A stretch of DNA of 61,869 bases, filler included, from Aduncisulcus paluster (GCA_024181965.1; 6 parts of 6 records of this genome joined end to end with filler, not necessarily neighbours in it); one strand, 5' to 3'; shown: positions 48,342-59,732, counted from the first letter of the whole stretch. A program made the numbers and translations. The notes: generated by a model not told the origin, from the sequence alone.

Positions 48342-48955
48342 CTATTTGGATAGTGCATAACATTTTTTCTTTTTGGTTTATTTTGGTCTGTTGTTTTTGT
48401 AAAATGCTATTGATCACTTGGGTTTCTCACCCAGTGCCGTATAATTTGTGTGAATGCCATTTTGGTATGGATTGTTCATTCTTGTTTTGGTGTCCACAAT
48501 TTTGTTATTATTTTTTTGTTTTACTATCGTTTAAATCCAATTCATTAATATTAAATCACCTCGTCTCGAGATATATGGTTTTCCACAATTTTTTGTTCTG
48601 TGGAATATCTCTTGATATTTTTTGTATTTTGTTTGTGAAAAGGGAATAAAATTGGATTTATATTATTTTTATTTTACTGCGATCATTTCTAACGATCTTC
48701 AAAACTTTTGTTTCTCACTTTTTGATGAACTTTTGAGAATAACGGCAATATAAAAAAATTAGTGAAAAAAATAAATATTACTATGAATGACATGCTTTAA
48801 ACTTCGAGAAGAATTAACTAATCTATCTTAGAAGCTAAGATTTAATGGTCAAGTACATTCCCAAAATAGTTCAAACCTACACTCCACATAAACTCTTATA
48901 TTTGAGGTCGTCTTTTCGATATCAAGTTTATTTTCTTATTCGATTAGCATTTAAA

Positions 48956-49969
48956 ATGAATCCTCTTTGTTATTTTCCAGATCCTAGCTCCTTGTCCAAT
49001 CGCATTTCTGACCTTCCTTATCCTGGCAGAGAACCGATTGATTCTTTCGATTTACCCTTAAAACGAGCCGCTGTGGCCTCTTCTCTTGATCATCCTTTTC
49101 CTATTGGAACCCAATACCCTTCCCCTTCTTTGCCTTCACATGATATTTCCACTCTGCTCCACGAGCCTCAACGGCCCCAAATGTCTCTTTCTTCTCATTC
49201 TTCTCATTCTTCTCATTCTTCTGATTTAACTCCTCCAACCTCATTATTCGGTGATAATATGTTCAAAGCTTTTCCTGATACTTTAATGAGCGCTGGTGTT
49301 TCTTCTTCAAAACCTCTTGAATTATTTCCTTCTTGTCATTTTGCTGGTGAAACTTCATCGTTTCAGGGAGATTCCCCCTGCGCCAGCCCTTCGCTTGTTC
49401 CATCTTCAACTCCACTATGCAGTTTTTCGTCTCCAACGAGACCTCATGCCTCTGTTAAAAAACCAATTCCTCAAGAAATTAAAAAAGAAATTGATTGCAA
49501 ACCTGAACCTGCTAGTATTCAAGTTGATGCGCCTTCTTCAATTGATAAACCTATTGGTGATTTCCTTACAACCTTCTGTTTCCTCTACAAAGCTCTTGAC
49601 GATCTTCTTTATAAATATAAACACAGGAGAAAACTTGGTGATGCTATTCCAATCATGCATAAAGCCATTCTTGCCCTCTCTGACGAGGGTGTTACTGATG
49701 TTAGCTCTATTATGAAGAAATTTGTCAAGGCTCGTGATGAAATGGAGGTTGAAGCTCCGGAAATCCTTGCTCCTGGCCAAGTGCAGCCAAAACGTTCATC
49801 GTTTACTGCTCCTCAAAGAGAAATTATGTTATCATTTATAAACCGTGGAGAAATGCCTGTTCTCCCTGAAACAGTCCATCTCGTGTCTCGGGATGCTCAA
49901 TTATCCGATCCTAAGCAATTTCGACGTTTTTTGAATAACCAAAGGGCTCGTAGGAGAGGAAGAAAGTGA
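48956..49969 (+). CDS. Divergent homeodomain protein (TALE/KNOX-like)
   Basis: C-terminal KRSSFT...QFRRFLNNQRARRR resembles homeodomain helix 3; upstream IGDFLTTFCFLY helix; Ser/Pro-rich N-terminus. Confidence 0.6.
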   Translation: MNPLCYFPDPSSLSNRISDLPYPGREPIDSFDLPLKRAAVASSLDHPFPIGTQYPSPSLPSHDISTLLHEPQRPQMSLSSHSSHSSHSSDLTPPTSLFGDNMFKAFPDTLMSAGVSSSKPLELFPSCHFAGETSSFQGDSPCASPSLVPSSTPLCSFSSPTRPHASVKKPIPQEIKKEIDCKPEPASIQVDAPSSIDKPIGDFLTTFCFLYKALDDLLYKYKHRRKLGDAIPIMHKAILALSDEGVTDVSSIMKKFVKARDEMEVEAPEILAPGQVQPKRSSFTAPQREIMLSFINRGEMPVLPETVHLVSRDAQLSDPKQFRRFLNNQRARRRGRK

Positions 49970-50317
49970 GTCAACTTTCTTTCTTGTGAATATGTTTAGG
50001 TTACGTGTAGTTTGTTCATTTTTTTTCTTCATCACCTTATTTATTTATTTTTTTAGATATTTTTTAAACAGATCTTTCTTGATATAACAATTTTTTTTTT
50101 TTCATTTCATCCTCTCATTCACATTATTCATTCTGAGTAAATCTTCTGCAACTTGCATGTTGACAGACGAAGTTGTGACAGCCTCAACTAATAAACCTTT
50201 CTTTATTTTGATTGGAGTCAATACACTGCCAGCTGTTTCAAACATTCAAGTTGAAATTCCAATCCGTCTTTTTTTTTTGCGGATTTTCCGATCTCATACA
50301 CTATTTTGCAAAAAATC

Positions 50318-51181
50318 ATGAAGAGAGGTTTGTTTATTGTTCTTGAAGGGCTTGATAGAAGTGGAAAATCTTCTGTTCTATCAGCTATTAAAAGATGGCT
50401 TGAAGATCATAAATATAGCGCTGAAGATATACATTTTCCCAGTATGTTTCACTATTTTATGATTTAATATTTATTTATGCCTCTTACTAAATTCCATATA
50501 TCCATTTTAGATCGAAAGACTCCAATTGGAAAAAAAATTGATGCTTATCTAAAAGGATCCTTGAAACTATCTGATGAAGAAATTACATCTTTATATTCAC
50601 AAAACCGGTGGGAGGTTGCGTCACAAATAGAAGAATCTCTTCGTGCTGGAAAGTGTTTTGTGTCGGTTCGATATGCCTTCTCTGGAGCTGCGTATTCATC
50701 AGCCAAGTATGATCCTGTCTTTGTGGAGCATTGGATGCGTGAAGATGCAGGTTTACCAGCACCTGATCTCACTCTATATCTTAGATTATCTGCTTCTGAA
50801 GCTTCTTCAAGACCAGGTTTTGGAGATGAAGTCTATGAACGTGCTTGGTTCCAAAAACGCGTGGAAGAATGTTTTGGCTCTGTTCGTGCTGTATGTGAGA
50901 AGAATGGCGGATTATGGAGAGATATCATTGCTAGTGGATCCAAAGAAGAAGTGAAAGAGAACGTCTTCTCGACATTAGACGATCTCAAAGAATCAATGAC
51001 AAAGATTCAGAGTCAACCAATTAAATATCTATGGAGCCATTCATCAAGTCAAGAAGAGGCCAAAAGTGAATGGGCCGACATTGTCTCTCAGAAAAGAAAG
51101 AAACGTTCGGAGCAGGGAATAGTTGAAAACAGTGCATGGGAGTATGAAAAAGAGAAAAAAACATACGACGAGAAAAAATGA
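50318..51181 (+). CDS. DTYMK: Thymidylate kinase; intron 50442-50510
   Basis: RGLFIVLEGLDRSGKSS P-loop, spliced HFPNRKTPIG, NRWE, RYAFSG, GLPAPDL and GFGDEVYE. Confidence 0.93.
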
Positions 51182-51815
51182 GTGATCCTTCACATCGTTC
51201 ATTCTTATTTAGGATGGCATCATATGATCGATGATGTTTACATACTTCAATCGAGATGGCTGATGTAAATACGAACAAAATTAAATGAATTTGAGGAATG
51301 TGAGGGGTGGCTCTCACGAACCATAATATATTTTTCAATGACTATCAAGATTTCATATGTCATTAACATGCCATGATGACTATGTTCAAACTCCATGATT
51401 GTAGGATTGAGGAGCTCTTGTGAATAAGATTGAATAATAATTTAATTTAATTGGTCATTCATCCTACATAACACATGACAATAAAATAATGCTTCTCGTG
51501 CCACATTCCCAGTGGAAACTAGAATTCTCTACTCGGAGCTACATACTATTTATAATGAATATAATGGAAGAAATATTAGTAATAATTGGTATTTGATAAT
51601 ACTTCACCAATTTTAGGGATAATCCATCTTTATTTGGGCCCTGGAAACAACTCTGATTTGTCCATAATTCAGAAATTATTTGCAAAAAATAAAGAAGAAA
51701 AATCAAGATGTTTGTCATCGACTGATCAATCTATTTGTCAAAATATTTTTTTCTGATAATTCTTAAATTTTCATAAAATATGGGAAATTTCTACTTTTGT
51801 CAACCTTTTTGAACC

Positions 51816-54140
51816 ATGGGATTTGCCGAGTTTAAAAAGAAATTCCAGTTCAAGAAAACTTCCAATCTTGAGCTTCATCCGGATGCTCAATCCTTCTTAC
51901 GTGGTCGTCGTTTGATCTTCGTTGCCATGAAATCTTATTCTCAAGCCAAAGGTTACACCAACTACTTCACTGAAAACTCTGGTGATGACGTTAACTATGA
52001 TCCTATTCCAGGCATTATCGATGGTCATTTGCTCTCTCTCTTTGTTTCTGAGGCTGACCCTCGTTTCCGCACCCTCTCTACTCAGGATACTAGTGCCTCC
52101 ACTCTCACTAGATCCTCAACAAAGTTTTTCAAAGCTATGTTGAAGTGGGCCAAGGATGAAGGGTTTAGTTTTGACCACCCTCTTGGATCCACCCTCCAAG
52201 TTTCTGATGTTAACCCAACTGATACTGAGTCTCATGCTCTCATGGTTATTCAATTGGCTGATATCATTCAGTGGAGTTTTGTTGAATTTGAGCGCTCTCT
52301 TCCTATTTCTGAAGTTGACGAGTCTGAAGTTGACTCCGCCTTCTTGTCTGAGGAAGTCGCCGTCGCCACTGGCATTTACGGAGATGAAACTGTTGCTCTT
52401 CACGATGTGAGCAAGGATTTGCGTACCGAACCCAACATTTTCAACACTGGTGTGTTTGGTTACTGTATTGCTGCTGCTGTGTGTGCCTTTGGTCTTGGTT
52501 TGATCAACATTGCTCAGGTTACTCACCTTAAGAACCACATGAAATTTATGGGTCTCGCCATTGAGAATTGGCAATACACCTTGTTCGTTTCTGTCTTCAA
52601 TATTGTTCAGTTCTTTGCCTCTGTCATCCTTCAGGGTCCTGTCAGTGAGCGTATTGGTCGTAAGTGGACATTCATCTTCGTGGCTATCTGGTATGCTCTC
52701 ACTGATATGTGTTTCATCTGGATTAACGGAAGAGATGGAGGTTACTGGGCCATTGTTGCTGTTCGTGCTGCTTCTGGTATTGCTGCTCTTATTGCTCCCC
52801 TTGGATACCTCTGTGTTTCTGATCTCTCCCCTCCCAAATCAAGAACATTGTCCCTGTGTCTCTACACTGCTGCCATCTACTTCGGAATCGCTTTCTCTCC
52901 TCTTGTTAACCGTGCTCTCGTTAACCACTTCATCCCTGACAGCCCCACTGACGATGACTACATCAATGTGCTCAAATGGGCTGGTATTTACGCCATGTGT
53001 GCCCGTGTCGTCAGTGCCTTGATCGCTATCTTCTTCACTAAGGAATCTTCCCCCATTATCCTTGCCAACCGTGAGCTCAAGGCCCAAGCCAAGAAGGACA
53101 AGGCCTCCGGTGTTGTTAAATCCCCCAAGGAAGGCGTTGAAATGACTGAAGCCAAAGAGGAGGCTACTGAGGAGTCTACTGAGAAGGACCACTTCAAGCA
53201 CTCCAAGTTCTGGGGTGTTTTCAAGATGTTGTTCACCAACAAGGACTTTATCTTGCTCTTCATCTCTTACACGATGTGTGTTGGTGCCTACAGTGTCGTG
53301 AGAGATCTCAACCTTGCTTGGATGATGGACATGCCCATTGACGATCTCTGGATCAACTTCACTGATGCCACTCAACCTATCGATGCGTCTTCTTGGCCTT
53401 ACTCTTACCTCCTCTCTTTCAAGTCTGAGTACCCCAAGTGGTTGTCTAACTATCAGTTCGTCAGTTCTCTCTGGATATATGGATTCATGGTCTTCTTTTC
53501 CATCTTTGTCGGTCCTTGGTTTACTCGCAGAGCCGGAGAGATGAACTTGACCTTCATTGGTCATGCTATGAATCTTATCGGTATGGTCTTGCAAGGAATC
53601 ACCCCTCCCCTCGTTGACAACGTCTGGGCTTCCGCTGTATTCTCTGTCATTGGAGCCTTCTCTGAGGCTTGTGCTCACCCTGCCTTCCTTTACATGCTTT
53701 CCCTCTTCTCTCTTCCATCCAACCGTGGTTCTGTGACCGGTATCTCTCAGATCGGTAATTCTATCGGTCGTGCCATTCCCACCCTTCTCATTGGTTTCAC
53801 TTTCGATGCCTTGGAGACTGTTGGACCTGTCACTGTGAATGTCACTGGGTTTGGAGATGTTGTGATTGGAGAGTTTGCTCTTGATGGATCCAAGGGTTAC
53901 ACTACGTATCTCACTGCTATTCCTATGGTTGTTCTTGGTGTCATTTGCCAGATGTTCGCTAAGGTCCCCATCCTTCGTCATGAGCTTGACTTTAGACAAT
54001 CCTTCATAGAAGAGGTGAAGAAACACACTCGTCACTCTTCTGTTATGGATTTGGACAAGTTTACTCGTATCAGGAACTTCTCTATTGCTGAAAGCACTCT
54101 CCACAAGACATCTGACTCTGGAAGTGTTTCTAAACTCTAA
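51816..54140 (+). CDS. Major facilitator superfamily transporter with ~200-aa N-terminal extension
   Basis: About 12 hydrophobic segments, motif A-like GPVSERIGRK, VSDLSPPKSR, PSNRGSVTG and a central charged loop. Confidence 0.9.
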   Translation: MGFAEFKKKFQFKKTSNLELHPDAQSFLRGRRLIFVAMKSYSQAKGYTNYFTENSGDDVNYDPIPGIIDGHLLSLFVSEADPRFRTLSTQDTSASTLTRSSTKFFKAMLKWAKDEGFSFDHPLGSTLQVSDVNPTDTESHALMVIQLADIIQWSFVEFERSLPISEVDESEVDSAFLSEEVAVATGIYGDETVALHDVSKDLRTEPNIFNTGVFGYCIAAAVCAFGLGLINIAQVTHLKNHMKFMGLAIENWQYTLFVSVFNIVQFFASVILQGPVSERIGRKWTFIFVAIWYALTDMCFIWINGRDGGYWAIVAVRAASGIAALIAPLGYLCVSDLSPPKSRTLSLCLYTAAIYFGIAFSPLVNRALVNHFIPDSPTDDDYINVLKWAGIYAMCARVVSALIAIFFTKESSPIILANRELKAQAKKDKASGVVKSPKEGVEMTEAKEEATEESTEKDHFKHSKFWGVFKMLFTNKDFILLFISYTMCVGAYSVVRDLNLAWMMDMPIDDLWINFTDATQPIDASSWPYSYLLSFKSEYPKWLSNYQFVSSLWIYGFMVFFSIFVGPWFTRRAGEMNLTFIGHAMNLIGMVLQGITPPLVDNVWASAVFSVIGAFSEACAHPAFLYMLSLFSLPSNRGSVTGISQIGNSIGRAIPTLLIGFTFDALETVGPVTVNVTGFGDVVIGEFALDGSKGYTTYLTAIPMVVLGVICQMFAKVPILRHELDFRQSFIEEVKKHTRHSSVMDLDKFTRIRNFSIAESTLHKTSDSGSVSKL

Positions 54141-54595
54141 ATTTAGACGTTACAATTGAATTATTATTTCGTTATTTTCGTATTTAGGATATTCTCTCCT
54201 TTCCTCGATTATTCCTTATCTACAAATTATTAATATTCTAACACACAAGTTTATTTATTCAACAATTTAAATATGTCTTTCTTCTTTCTTCCTCGAACTA
54301 GCCAAAGATAATAAATTGTCTTTCTTCAATGATTTTTTCTCCTTTTCATGCCTTTTTCGGTATACAGCTCATTCGTGATTAATTGTTCTGTTTTATTTAT
54401 AATATTCGATATTAATTATCTTTTCAGGAATATTTATTATTTTTTAACTTTTTATTATCGTCTGTTAATAATCTACAAACCATTTCTCAAAAGATCTAAA
54501 AAGGGATGATTGAAAAATGAATCAAAAATCTTCTTTTTTCGAACCTATTCTATCATCCTGTTTGAGATTCGTCTTAAATGGGTTGATGGAGCAAA

Positions 54596-54685
54596 AATGC
54601 TATGACGAAAGATGAAGATCGCTCATCGCAGGGCTTCTGAAGACATCCTGAATGAATTTATTCTTCCTTGGAAGTACTGAGCATT
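54596..54685 (+). ncRNA. Box C/D snoRNA candidate, U14-like
   Basis: Terminal stem AATGC/GCATT; box C ATGACGA at 54602-54608; CTGA at 54637 and 54677; CTTCCTTGGA is complementary to conserved SSU rRNA UCCAAGGAAG. Confidence 0.65.
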
Positions 54686-54875
54686 CTACTAATTATTTAA
54701 GAGTTAAATTTGGATTAAATCGTTCAATCAATTTATTTTTCAATTATTAATTTTAATTTTCTCTTCTCAACAATTACGATTACGATACTAGACTCATTCC
54801 ATTTTTTTTTTTTTTTTTTTCATTCTTCATCTTGCTTCCGATTGAGGTTTTATAGTGAATAATTCTGAATTAAAA

Positions 54876-56522
54876 ATGAGCGAAGAATTGAAAATATTTC
54901 CCCTTTTTAAGCAGATCGCTGATGAAAGCGATGAAACTAAAATCTGTGAAATCGCCTCCAAAATTATTGAAATGGCATCTATCTTCACCACTACTGAGGA
55001 AGATCAGGACATTTACTCAATTGAATTGGCTGAAAATGAAATTATTCCTCTTTTCTGTACGATTGTGTCCAAAAAGTTATCCCCTAAGTCTTTGGAGCTT
55101 TTGTTACTCGCATTATACCATGCTTCTAATTCTGGACCTGATCTTAACCTTATTTGTGACGATGAAGATGAGTGTTGTGGGTGTGGTTGTGAAGATGATG
55201 AATGCGATCATGAGTGTGATGATGACGAATGCAAGCGTGATCACAGATCAAAGCCTCCCCCAACCGAAAAAGAGATTTCTGAAGCCTTTACCGTTAAGAA
55301 ATTATTCATTGAAACCCTGGTTCCTCTCCTTACTTCATTATCTGGAACCGGAGTTTTCCTTGTGGCTGACATGATGAGAAAAGTCATTGATCCTATGGTT
55401 TCTGACGAAGAATTAATGCAGATTGTCATTAATGAATGTCTTATTGCCTCCAAAAAACATCCCAAGGGTTCCATTGAGTCTGAATACCTTCGTTCTTGTG
55501 CCATTGGCTATGCTTTGGCCTTTTATTCTGAAGGAATGTGTGAAATTGAAGTCGGATCTGGTCCAGTTAAGGAAAAAGCGACCCCTCAGGTCGTTGGAAG
55601 TCTTATACGTTCCATGCTTTCACTCCTCTTCAAATCAGTCAACCAAACCCGTGAGAAACATAAACTCCCCCCTCTTGAGAAACTTGAGGAGTCTCCTGAT
55701 CTCTCCCTTGCGTCCATTAAACTTGGGGAAGGTGCTGTGTTTGCCAATGATGATCGTATGTTCCAATTCCTTGTCTGTTCCGAGATTCACACTTTCATAT
55801 CTTTCTTCCTCTCTCCTGCTGAACACATCATGTCCATATTCACTTCTATGCAAGCCATGTTGGGAGATTCAGGTGACAAGATCGAAGTGTCTGAGTTGTG
55901 TGGAGAAGCCTCTGTATCTGATCCAAAATACTTGACTGAAGTCGTACACTCGATATTTATCTTTGCTTGGCCATATTTCCCCATATTCTCCTCTCTTTAC
56001 GTACAGAGTGTTCCTTCACCTAATCTACTGGAAGGAATGGAGACAATCGCCTCAATTGTTATGTTTTATGTGCTGTCACCACTGAAGGAAAGTGCTGAGG
56101 CTCTCTCAGTGGCTAAGGAGTGTCTTCTTGAAGGAAACAGGACAGGAATTAAAGAATATCTATTTTTAGATTGTATCAAACCAGGTTTTATTAGTCTTTT
56201 GCCCATATATGAAGGATATGACGACATTAAGAAAGGTAACGAGAAAGAGATGTTCGTATTCGGTGTGTCTCTTGTCTTACCTTTACTTGCTCATGACTTA
56301 ACTCTCCTTGCGAGTGCTTTGATAGCTCTTCCTGAGAAACTTGAAGAGTTGGAAGGCGGACTGAGTGTTGAAGAGAAGAAAATGTGTCTTTCTGGTGCTA
56401 ATCTTACTCTGAAAAGGGTGAAAGACATTGTCGAAAACCCTGAAATTGAATTGGTCGATGAAGAATTCCATTTGATGCATGTTATGACCAATGTTGATAA
56501 ATTTAGGAAATTATTTCAATGA
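54876..56522 (+). CDS. Hypothetical helical protein with acidic Cys-rich insertion
   Basis: ORF with ATG at 54876; contains CDDEDECCGCGCEDDECDHECDDDEC. Confidence 0.75.
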   Translation: MSEELKIFPLFKQIADESDETKICEIASKIIEMASIFTTTEEDQDIYSIELAENEIIPLFCTIVSKKLSPKSLELLLLALYHASNSGPDLNLICDDEDECCGCGCEDDECDHECDDDECKRDHRSKPPPTEKEISEAFTVKKLFIETLVPLLTSLSGTGVFLVADMMRKVIDPMVSDEELMQIVINECLIASKKHPKGSIESEYLRSCAIGYALAFYSEGMCEIEVGSGPVKEKATPQVVGSLIRSMLSLLFKSVNQTREKHKLPPLEKLEESPDLSLASIKLGEGAVFANDDRMFQFLVCSEIHTFISFFLSPAEHIMSIFTSMQAMLGDSGDKIEVSELCGEASVSDPKYLTEVVHSIFIFAWPYFPIFSSLYVQSVPSPNLLEGMETIASIVMFYVLSPLKESAEALSVAKECLLEGNRTGIKEYLFLDCIKPGFISLLPIYEGYDDIKKGNEKEMFVFGVSLVLPLLAHDLTLLASALIALPEKLEELEGGLSVEEKKMCLSGANLTLKRVKDIVENPEIELVDEEFHLMHVMTNVDKFRKLFQ

Positions 56523-56985
56523 TTAATTCATAGTTAATTAAATGATTAATTTATCCATCAAAAAAATCGCAGCGACAAAGAAAAAAGTGATGTTACGAGT
56601 TTATTCATGATTTAATTCATGGTTAATTCATGGTTAATTCACCAAATAATGCTGTGTAATTCGCAATATATCGTTGATCCCTAGTTCAGTCCAGGATTCT
56701 GAGGAAGGTTATCATCTCTTTTTATACATTTTCTAAATATATTATCCGAAACAAACCACCAATCTATTTCTCTATTTCTCCAACAACGCCTTTTTTAATG
56801 GTTTATATTGCTGAGAAATCCGTGTTTCTTGCCTTTCGAAATAAATTTACATTTTTATGGGTTATTTAATCAGAAAACCAATAAAATCAATTTAATTTTA
56901 ATTTTATTTCATTTAAAATTGTATTTTACCGTATTTTATGTCTCCAATATCGAGAAATATTGAGATATGCTGCATTTGATTATAT

Positions 56986-57247
56986 TTATTCGGCTGGGAC
57001 CTCCTTCTTATCTTCAACAACTGGTTCTTTCTCCTCTACGACTGGTTCTTTCTCCTCCACGACTGGTTCTTTCTCAGCTTCTTTCTTCTCTCCACCCTCA
57101 ACTTGTTCAGCCTGCTCAGTCTCCTTTGGTTCATCTTTCTTCTCTTCAACTTCCTTTGTTTCGGCAGTTTCTTCGAGAGCCTTGGTTATTTTGATCATAC
57201 TTTCACGACCTTCCTCATAAATAGTTGAAAACTTCTCGAAATCAGCC
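56986..57247 (-). CDS. 3' end of a truncated gene with Glu/Lys-rich tail (possibly RanBP1-like)
   Basis: Frame open from the gap: ADFEKFSTIYEEGRESM..., with three EKEPVVE repeats. Confidence 0.5.
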
Positions 57248-57347
57248 NNNNNNNNNNNNNNNNNNNNNNNNNNNNNNNNNNNNNNNNNNNNTTAATTAAT
57301 TAANNNNNNNNNNNNNNNNNNNNNNNNNNNNNNNNNNNNNNNNNNNN
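57248..57347. other. Artificial scaffold linker
   Basis: TTAATTAATTAA at 57292-57303. Confidence 0.97.
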
Positions 57348-57414
57348 CAACAAAAACTGAATTGGAGTAATATAATTAAATATAAGCCACCAGAAAGAAT
57401 ATAGCTGAGTCAAT

Positions 57415-58038
57415 TTAACATCCACAGCCTGAATCTTTCCCAGATGTTTCATAAATGGTATCAATGGCAGCAACATTGTCACATGAGGTATCCTCCATGG
57501 CTTCTTCATCAGCCAAGGAACAGGCTACTTTTTTCATCATGGAAGCAATATTAGCATCTTGTTTTGCCGAGACTTCATCGAATTGACATCCTAACTCTTC
57601 GGCAAGAGCTTTCCCTTCGACTTGATCAACCTTACGGGCAGCTTCTAAATCGATTTTGTTACCGACAATGAAAATAGAGGCTTCATCTCCTCTCTTTTCA
57701 CGCACAATTTCAACCCAATCACGAACTGAATCAAAAGATTCACGACTTGTAATGTCATAAACAACAATAGCACCAACACAATCTCGAACATATGAAGCTG
57801 CCAAAGCTTTGAACTTTTCTTGTCCTGCTGTATCCCATATCTGTAAATTTACCACTCTATCCTCAAGATAGACACTCTTAGACAAAAAATCGAGACCAAG
57901 GGTTGGATGATATAAAACATCGAAACGAGAATAGATAAATCTGTTTATAATTGATGTCTTACCGGCAGAACCTTGCCCCAAAAAAACTAGTTTATATTTT
58001 GTCATCTCCAAAACCACTATCTCGTCATTTGCTTCCAT
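57415..58038 (-). CDS. RAB6: Rab6-like small GTPase
   Basis: KYKLVFLG..AGKTS, GLDFLSKSVYLEDR, WDTAGQEKF, GNKID, VSAK and a C-terminal CGC prenylation motif. Confidence 0.85.
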   Translation of the reverse strand: MEANDEIVVLEMTKYKLVFLGQGSAGKTSIINRFIYSRFDVLYHPTLGLDFLSKSVYLEDRVVNLQIWDTAGQEKFKALAASYVRDCVGAIVVYDITSRESFDSVRDWVEIVREKRGDEASIFIVGNKIDLEAARKVDQVEGKALAEELGCQFDEVSAKQDANIASMMKKVACSLADEEAMEDTSCDNVAAIDTIYETSGKDSGCGC

Positions 58039-58477
58039 ACGAATAACAATTGAGGAATTCTGAAAATTTCATATTTAAACCATTACTAAAATGATGAAAA
58101 ACAATTCATAATTAACAAACTTGAGCTTATTGATGTGTCATTCCCCAATTGGATATAGTACTCTTTCTGGCTTGCATTAGGGGTAGATGAAAGAACCATA
58201 TTAATTTACGTGAGATTTTAATAATGTTTTACCGAGATTTGATTATTTTATTGATTTTTTAAGTGGTTTGTTTTTGAGCTAACTTTTATCGTGTATTCAT
58301 GTTGTTCTCCTTAAAATTCTTGGAGAAATTGATGCGATTATTCCAATTTTATTAGTTTTGTTCCTTCATTTACTTATTTTGTTTTTGGTTTTTGTGAGAT
58401 GATGCGAACTCATTCCAACATCTCGCAATGATCATCACAAGAAAAGGTTTTTTGTACGATCATTTTGATAACAAAAA

Positions 58478-58795
58478 ATGGAATCTCATCCTCAAATACA
58501 TCATGTTGAAGAAGAAAAGGAACAGGCTACAAAAGTAGTAAGAAAGTATTCTGATCTCCAGCTTAAAAAACAAGAAAGCAAAGCATTGTTCAAACGACAC
58601 CATCCAACGGCTCTGAGAGGAGGTCTTTCTGATATTAAACAAGACTTTCGTCATGGAAGACATTGGAGGTCCACCCTTGATCCCCACTTGAGAAATAAGA
58701 GACAAATCCGTCAACCAATAAGAGGATATAAGACATATCACGATAAAAAAGTTTTTACTGCCGTTAGAAAAGAAGTCGAACATCCTTCAGAATGA
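58478..58795 (+). CDS. Small basic hypothetical protein (105 aa)
   Basis: ATG preceded by an A run as in other genes here; coding-like composition. Confidence 0.55.
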   Translation: MESHPQIHHVEEEKEQATKVVRKYSDLQLKKQESKALFKRHHPTALRGGLSDIKQDFRHGRHWRSTLDPHLRNKRQIRQPIRGYKTYHDKKVFTAVRKEVEHPSE

Positions 58796-59227
58796 ACTTC
58801 ATTAAAAAGAAGTTTGTTTCTTGATTTCTGTTGTTGTTTCTGTTTTCACAGCTATTAGGATAGGATTAGAGTTATAATAGGTTAATTCTTTCCGCACAAA
58901 TGCAGAGTTTTGCCGCCATTTAAATAAATTTATCGATTTTCACTCCTGGATAACTGAATGGGAAAAATCGACAAATTTTGCAATTTTTATTAATTAATAA
59001 GGGAATTCTAATTAAAATAACAGCAAACAAATGTACGCATTGACGATCACAGGAAATACGTTATTTTGGAAATATGCTTGCATGAGGGAATATAATATAT
59101 GAAATTAAATATATCTATGCGCATAAAAATAATATTCATAAAATAAGGGTAGAATATATCTATTCGAAAAAAGATAGGCTGAAGAATTCTGCCTGGTGAT
59201 TTTGTCACATACTACAATACACAAAAA

Positions 59228-59732
59228 ATGTCTGCTGCTGCTTTTAAGACCAAACCCTTTGGTATGTCCCCTTTTTTGCATTTTTCTTTCCTGCTAGAAG
59301 ATTTTCAATGAACTCTGGTCTCACTTCTTTGTTATCTTGCCAATATTATATTATTCTCCAAATTCAATCTAAATATCTTCATTCTTTTTTTTTTTAGAAG
59401 ATCGTCTGGAGGAAGCTAGAGGAGTAAGAGAAAGATTCCCAGATCGTATCCCTATAATTATTGAGAAAGATAAACGTGCCACTGAGCTTCCAGAACTTGA
59501 CAGATTCAAATTTCTTTTCCCATCACATTTCTTTGTTGTTCAACTTTTATATGTATTAAAGGAACGTTTACATCTTCCTCAGACTGACGCTTTTTATTTG
59601 TTCATTAATGACCAGGCTCCCACAAATAGCCAAACTCTTCAGTCACTTTATGATAACAATAAGAATGAGGATGGATTCTTGTATATGAAATACTCTTCTC
59701 AGGCCGCCTTCGGAGGTGAAGAGGAAGAATGA
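59228..59732 (+). CDS. ATG8: Autophagy protein Atg8; intron 59262-59397
   Basis: Spliced product MSAAAFKTKPFEDRLEEARGVRERFPDRIPIIIEK...KFLFP...AFYLFIN...NEDGFLYMKYSSQAAFG-GEEEE. Confidence 0.93.

Noticed and set aside
50140-50250. Possible H/ACA-like hairpins upstream of thymidylate kinase
   Set aside because: Pairing is weak and AT-rich, with no clear H box or pseudouridylation pocket
52839-54104. 421-aa antisense ORF over the MFS gene, and the many other short shadow ORFs
   Set aside because: Explained by codon bias of the sense genes; no independent motifs
10031-57303. Five TTAATTAATTAA motifs as a biological repeat
   Set aside because: Each is centred in symmetric N runs; this is a six-frame-stop linker used to concatenate scaffolds, so gene adjacency across them is meaningless
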